NCBI GenBank assembly: GCA_047495785.1
Contig: JBLDXI010000110.1
Coordinates: 9,451-73,450, forward strand
Source: Lepidodermella squamata
Lineage: Eukaryota; Animalia; Gastrotricha
Reading direction: 5' to 3'
DNA length: 64,000 bases
The translations under genes were made by a program, and so were the position numbers. Below the pieces are notes generated by a model. It worked only from the letters and a program-made list of their open reading frames with translations, ran no database searches and was not told where the DNA came from. Shown here piece after piece: positions 58,880-64,000 of this stretch (within the stretch, counting starts at the first letter, position 1; every line of letters begins with the position of its first letter).

Positions 58880-60760
58880 TCAACGTGACTTGGCCCGGGC
58901 CCTTGTGGCCCTTTGACCTGGTTCTGGTTTCCACTCGGCCTCATTCACGAAATCGCCGCCTATTTTGGTCGACGGAGTGATTTTTCGCCTGGATTGGCGC
59001 GTAGCCAATTTTGGTTCGTCAGTTCCCTTCTTTTTCGCCCCTTTTTCAGGCACTTCGCTCATTTCAGATTTCTCGCTGGACTTAGTCGCATTCGACCCAG
59101 TCTTCGCTTGGCCTGCCCTTGAGTTGGGCTCTGGTGGGTCTTCGAGACTCATCGGTGGTACCGCCTCCTCGGGTGCTTTCGGGATGCTCGCTACTCTTGG
59201 CGCTGTGTTCGCTGCTTCCGGTTGGTCTGCCGCGACAAGGAACCCGGGCTGCTCGTGCCACTTGGTGAGTTTTTCGATATTGCAAGCCTCGATTTCTTTG
59301 CCGTTCGTCATCATGACCAGGTTGTCGTTCACCACCCTTACCACTTCGAACGGACCCTCGCAGCGATTTCCCCACTTGCCTCCTTCTTTCACCGCAAGGC
59401 TGTACCTCACCTTGTCTCCGACCTTGAATGGGTTCTTCGTCAAGCAATTCTTATCCTTTCGGCGTTTGTTTGCCGCATCCGCTTTCACCCGAGCTTCAAG
59501 CGCGTCTTTTTGCAGTGTCATCAACTTCTCGCGCCATTCAGCGACGGCGTTCTCGTCCACGACATGAGGTGCCTTGTTCTCGGCCGTCGGGCCCAGGGTG
59601 AACACCGGCTCGTTTGCTCGGTAGCCGTGTTTCAGCTCGAAAGGTGTTTTGTTCGTGCTTGCGTGCGGCGTGGTGCGATACGCTAGCATGATCAATGGTA
59701 GGTACCACGACCAACTCTTCTTGTATTTTTTGGCAATTGTCGCTAGCATGTCGCCCAACACGCGGTTAAATCGTTCGTCATAGGGGTTTCCGCTGGGGTT
59801 CCACGTTGTCGTGTGGGTTTTTGATACTCCCAGGGCCTTACACAATGCTCTTAGCAGTGTTTTTTCGAATTGGGTTCCATTGTCAGAATGGACCCTTTCC
59901 GGCACCCCATTGTCCCCGAACCACCGAAGCAGTTTCCGAGCGGTTTCCTGTGCCGTTATCCTTCTCATTGGATAGGCTGCCGCCCAGTTGGTGGCGTGAT
60001 CCACTATCGTCAGGATGTATCTACACCCATCCGATACTGGCACCGGACCGACGAAATCGATCGAGATAAGCTCGTTGAACCGGGTGGCTCTCAGATGCTG
60101 AAGCGGCCCCCGTGTTACTACCGTGCTGGCTTTTCGCAACTGGCACGCTTTACACCCTTGGCAGTACGCCTTTATGTCACCGATCATCCCTGGCCACCAG
60201 TAGGCAGCTCTGATCCTGTGCCAAGTTCTTCTCCACCCTAGGTGCGCGCCCCCTGCTTCGTCGTGAGCATGTTTCAAAATCGTCGAACGCATTAGCTGCG
60301 GGACTACCAGGGCATCTTCGCCTTGGGCCAACTTGATGCGAAGGATGTTTCCCTGGTCGGCGTTAGGCTTGATTGACTCCCTATTTCTCCACGCAATTCC
60401 CTGCCTTTCCTCTTTGTCCAGCAGTCTGATACCTTTCTTCTTCCCTGTGGAACCTTCGATTTCATTTTCCACTTTCTCAGTTTTGGCTTTTGTTTTCCAG
60501 GATTTCCTGCGCAGCGGTTCTAGCTCCTCATCCGCTTCCTGGGCCTTCCGAATCTCTTCGTTAGACCATGTCAGGTTCGTGAGCTGGATGACGTTGATGG
60601 TTTCTACGTTCCTTGCTACCGACGGGAAGTTTCTGGTGAGGGCATCGGCATACTGGTTCACTCCCGGTACATGGACCAGGTCGAACTCATACTCCTGGAG
60701 CTCGTGGATCCATCGCCACAACCGTTGACCGGGCGTTTTCATCGAGTTCATCCACACCAA
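58880..60760 (-). CDS. pol: Pol part 2 (RNase H C-terminus + integrase), copy 2
   Basis: Identical 626-aa translation. Confidence 0.95.
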   Translation of the reverse strand: MVWMNSMKTPGQRLWRWIHELQEYEFDLVHVPGVNQYADALTRNFPSVARNVETINVIQLTNLTWSNEEIRKAQEADEELEPLRRKSWKTKAKTEKVENEIEGSTGKKKGIRLLDKEERQGIAWRNRESIKPNADQGNILRIKLAQGEDALVVPQLMRSTILKHAHDEAGGAHLGWRRTWHRIRAAYWWPGMIGDIKAYCQGCKACQLRKASTVVTRGPLQHLRATRFNELISIDFVGPVPVSDGCRYILTIVDHATNWAAAYPMRRITAQETARKLLRWFGDNGVPERVHSDNGTQFEKTLLRALCKALGVSKTHTTTWNPSGNPYDERFNRVLGDMLATIAKKYKKSWSWYLPLIMLAYRTTPHASTNKTPFELKHGYRANEPVFTLGPTAENKAPHVVDENAVAEWREKLMTLQKDALEARVKADAANKRRKDKNCLTKNPFKVGDKVRYSLAVKEGGKWGNRCEGPFEVVRVVNDNLVMMTNGKEIEACNIEKLTKWHEQPGFLVAADQPEAANTAPRVASIPKAPEEAVPPMSLEDPPEPNSRAGQAKTGSNATKSSEKSEMSEVPEKGAKKKGTDEPKLATRQSRRKITPSTKIGGDFVNEAEWKPEPGQRATRARAKSR

Positions 60761-60848
60761 CGGTTTGTGGTCCGTTCGAAGCTGGAAGCTCCGCCCTAAC
60801 AGGTAACACCGGAACTTCTGTGTGATTGCCCACCATGAAGCTAACGCT

Positions 60849-62639
60849 TCACTTTCGATAGTTGCGTATCTTCTCTCCGTATCTTCTCTCCGTTGGTGTC
60901 AATACGCGGCTCGCTGCGGCTATCAGTCTCATCTTCCCTTGCTGCTCTTGACACAACATTGCCCCGATTCCGATTTGTGACGCGTCTGTGTACACGACGA
61001 ACTTTTTGTTCAAGTCTGGTGCCGCGAGTACTGGCGGGCTCATGAACAAGTTACGAACTTCGTCGAATGCGTCGTCCATCGCCTCCGTCCACTGCAAGTA
61101 CCCCTTGCCCGTGGCTGCGCTTGTTAACGGTGCCATGACTTCGCCAAGATTGGGTACATGGCTTCTCAAAAAACTTGCTAATCCGTTGAACGCTCTGAGC
61201 TGCTTAGCCGTCTTCGGCTTCTCGTAATTACGCAATGACTCGAGTTTATCGGGGGTTGCGTGGATACCGCTCTCGGACACTTCAAAACCTAGGAACTCAG
61301 CTTCAGTCACTCCAAAGTGGCACTTTTCTGGCTTGAGCCACAAGTTCGCTTCTCGGATCCTTTGCATGACTCTGCGGATTCTCCTTTCTAGCTGTTCTAT
61401 CGAATCGGCCCAGACCAGGCAATCATCGATTAGTAGGCCGCAAATTTTCCAAACTAAACCTCGGAGAACTTGGTTCATTAGTCTTGTAAATTCGTTCGGC
61501 GCGGCCTTAAGGCCAAATGGTAAAACCCGGAACCGAAAGCATCCTGCCCTTGTTTTGAACGTTGTGATGTTTTTTGTCAGTTCATCGTTGATCGGAATAG
61601 ACCAGTACGCGCTGTGCAAATCTAGTACTGCATAGAATTTATGCCCTGCGGCCATTTCAAGTATTTCCGTTGTGTTAGGCATCACGCTCATCTCATCTTC
61701 TGTCTGCTTGATAACTCCGCGGTAGTCCATGGTTGGGCGAAGTTCGTTGGTTCCCTTCTTTCGGACCAACACCATGTGTGTACACCACGCAGCTTCGGAT
61801 TCCTCGATCACCCCCGCCTTTAACATTTTCTCGACGTACTCATCCTCGAGGTCCTGATGCTTCTGAGGCTTTCGCCGCGGTTTGGCTTTGAACGGCGTCT
61901 CATTCGTGAGTTTGATCTTATACTCTCTGAGGTGTGTTTGCCGGACTCGCCCATCCCAAGAGAAGCAATCCTTGAAGTCCTTCACTACGTTGCGCATACT
62001 TTCTTTGTCGCCCTCTTTTTCCAGGCCCTCAGCGAATCCCGGATCTGATATGAATTTGCTGACCTTCTCCGCTGTTTCTTCTTCGTTGAGTTGCTTATCA
62101 TCGGGAATGGGGACGAACTTTCTCTCATCTTCTTCGAAACCTTCATCATCGGAAATATCATCTCTGGTGTTATGCCAACTTTCTGCATGGTAGTGTAAGA
62201 ACGGGAGCGCGGAAGGTTGGTTTTTGCTGAAGTATTCGTCATCGTGTAAGATCCTTTTTTCTTCGACTCTAGGTAATCTGACACTCCAATGCTGCGAACC
62301 GATTCGAAATATTAACATGCCGTCGTCCAAATCGATGAGACAACGGTGTGCCACTAAGAAATCTAACCCGATAACGATCTCATGGCCAATTCCTTCGACT
62401 ACGACGAAATCAAATGTAAACGGTAGGTTGCTGAGGTGGAATCTTTGATTGCTGCGGCCAACTGTTTTTAATTCATTGCCGCCTATACCGGCCAATCTCG
62501 AATTTTGCTGTTCCAGCTGGCCCCCTAATTTACTGAAAATTGTTTTGTTCATGATAGTGACTGCGGCCCCTGTGTCAATTAACGCTGACGCGATCTCAAC
62601 GTTTTTGCCGCGACGGAATTCAACGGTAGCGGACAGCAT
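60849..62639 (-). CDS. pol: Pol part 1 (PR-RT-RH), copy 2
   Basis: Identical 596-aa translation. Confidence 0.95.
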   Translation of the reverse strand: MLSATVEFRRGKNVEIASALIDTGAAVTIMNKTIFSKLGGQLEQQNSRLAGIGGNELKTVGRSNQRFHLSNLPFTFDFVVVEGIGHEIVIGLDFLVAHRCLIDLDDGMLIFRIGSQHWSVRLPRVEEKRILHDDEYFSKNQPSALPFLHYHAESWHNTRDDISDDEGFEEDERKFVPIPDDKQLNEEETAEKVSKFISDPGFAEGLEKEGDKESMRNVVKDFKDCFSWDGRVRQTHLREYKIKLTNETPFKAKPRRKPQKHQDLEDEYVEKMLKAGVIEESEAAWCTHMVLVRKKGTNELRPTMDYRGVIKQTEDEMSVMPNTTEILEMAAGHKFYAVLDLHSAYWSIPINDELTKNITTFKTRAGCFRFRVLPFGLKAAPNEFTRLMNQVLRGLVWKICGLLIDDCLVWADSIEQLERRIRRVMQRIREANLWLKPEKCHFGVTEAEFLGFEVSESGIHATPDKLESLRNYEKPKTAKQLRAFNGLASFLRSHVPNLGEVMAPLTSAATGKGYLQWTEAMDDAFDEVRNLFMSPPVLAAPDLNKKFVVYTDASQIGIGAMLCQEQQGKMRLIAAASRVLTPTERRYGEKIRNYRK

Positions 62640-62740
62640 TCGTTTCGCACTAACTAAGTTATTTTCATCTAATTCTCTTTGCTGTCCGTTTTCCCTAACT
62701 ACGCAGACGGGTGCGGTGTCGCTCGCCTTCCGTCTGCTGT

Positions 62741-64000
62741 TTACTGGTTTTTTCGTGGGCAGGATGATGATGACGACAGATGGTCGTCAGCTCCACATCC
62801 GAAGCAACTGACTTCGTTCAATCCTTCGTGTGTCTGCGGGCACCATTGCTCTCTGTGGGTTCCTGAGCCACAAGTTCTGCAACCCCTGTTCTGGCTGCGG
62901 TCCCGTGATACGCTGCGCTGGTTGCGATTCGGCGAGAATGAGATCCTTCGGAGGCTGTCGCCGATGTTCCTGATCGATTGATCTCCCGGCCTGGTTAGCG
63001 CCGCTTTCACGGGTGCGTTCGTGATTCCGGTTACGCCCGGTGCTCTGTTCGATGATTCGTTGCTCCAGTTCTCCCGAGGGGCTGGGGATCTACTGCGGAG
63101 CAATCCTCCCCCTGGCGCTCCCGGCATTGGCGAAGATGCTGCAATGGGCTGTACCACCCTGATTAACTTCTCCAGCACGTCTTGCAGATCTTCGAACTTT
63201 TTGTCCTGCGCTGCAAATCGTTCTAGGACTGATTTTGGGAGGTCGGGCTCACTCCTACTTACCGCGTTTATCGTGGTCGTTGATGACGTGAGTCTCGCTG
63301 AGGGTCTCGGAGTCTCTACCGGCTGTAGTCTTGGCGTCTCCGCTTGCTGATTCCCTGTGAAAGGTGTGGCCTCGTATCTTGGGATGAAACTGGAGGTGTG
63401 GCTGTACCCTACGTTCATCTGTGGCTGAGGTGTAGGGGCTTGAAGCGTCTCTACTGGTGCCTGGAAATGCTGTTGGAGTTGGAATTGCTTCAGGGCTTCT
63501 TGATACCCCAACGCGAAAGCTTCTTGTTCTGCGATTTTCGTGGTTTCTACGGCGTTTACCATGGCTGGCTGTGCCGTTGCCGCCAATCTTGAGGCTGCCG
63601 CGTTCTCTTCTTCGATCCACTTAAGGACCTCGCTCATTTTCGTCAATTTATTATGCCCTTGCTTCTTGCTGATTTCCTGGGCCAGACGCCTGTTAGTCAT
63701 GCCTTGCACGAGCTGCTGCATAACCGCCCCTTCCCTAATTTCGATCGCTCTCGCGTCCTCCCCTGGGCACGCAATCTCCGCGTATTTATTCATTTCTGCT
63801 ATGAACTCCCACATGGGCCTGTTACCCTGTGAGCAGTTGTTAAGCAACTGTTTTGCCTGGTGGGTGTGGATTTCGCCGTCGTATTTCTTTATCAAAAGGT
63901 TTGTTAGAGTTTCCCAACTCAGGCTGGTTGCTAGTTCGTCCTCACATGCCTGGAAAAGATCGCCCAAACCCCCGCTAGTCAGACCCATCCTAAGCAGCGT
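62741..64000 (-). CDS. gag: Gag, copy 2 (5' end outside the window)
   Basis: Identical to the C-terminal part of gag 51593-53017. Confidence 0.9.
   Translation of the reverse strand, partial: TLLRMGLTSGGLGDLFQACEDELATSLSWETLTNLLIKKYDGEIHTHQAKQLLNNCSQGNRPMWEFIAEMNKYAEIACPGEDARAIEIREGAVMQQLVQGMTNRRLAQEISKKQGHNKLTKMSEVLKWIEEENAAASRLAATAQPAMVNAVETTKIAEQEAFALGYQEALKQFQLQQHFQAPVETLQAPTPQPQMNVGYSHTSSFIPRYEATPFTGNQQAETPRLQPVETPRPSARLTSSTTTINAVSRSEPDLPKSVLERFAAQDKKFEDLQDVLEKLIRVVQPIAASSPMPGAPGGGLLRSRSPAPRENWSNESSNRAPGVTGITNAPVKAALTRPGDQSIRNIGDSLRRISFSPNRNQRSVSRDRSQNRGCRTCGSGTHREQWCPQTHEGLNEVSCFGCGADDHLSSSSSCPRKNQ

Larger units (their letters stand above)
58616..64000 (-). mobile_element. Inverted, apparently identical copy of the Gypsy element (mirror of 51758-57142), running off the window
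   Basis: All ORFs recur with identical translations; mirror coordinates sum to 115758. Confidence 0.97.

Noticed and set aside
51697-63592. Many overlapping antisense and alternate-frame ORFs in gag/pol and CR1
   Set aside because: Shadow frames of real coding sequence with no motifs.
50540-64000. DIRS-type element with inverted terminal repeats
   Set aside because: It encodes an aspartic protease and DDE integrase, with no tyrosine recombinase; the inverted part is the whole coding region.

Overview
Repeat-rich eukaryotic DNA, most likely from an invertebrate animal (about 50-nt GT-AG introns, Ig/myotubularin/TRIM/F-box exons, a PBS matching the invertebrate tRNA-Gly 3' end). The first 50 kb is a mosaic. 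Host-type genes and fragments include F-box/FBA, RING-B-box-ankyrin, ankyrin, MTMR6-like, Ig I-set and a small coiled-coil gene family. These are mixed with decayed Gypsy, LINE and pogo/Tigger remnants, MITEs and a near-intact CR1-type LINE (46.6-50.1 kb, minus). A TIR-bounded pogo-type element at 4.1-5.7 kb carries an OTU protease domain. The last 13.5 kb is a Ty3/Gypsy element (5' LTR, gag, -1 frameshift, PR-RT-RH-IN, an extra gene with its own TATA/polyA, no 3' LTR). It is followed by an apparently identical inverted copy of itself (mirror rule p <-> 115758-p), whose inner breakpoint falls 1 nt before the ATG of the extra gene. All calls are from visual motif reading; no database searches were run.
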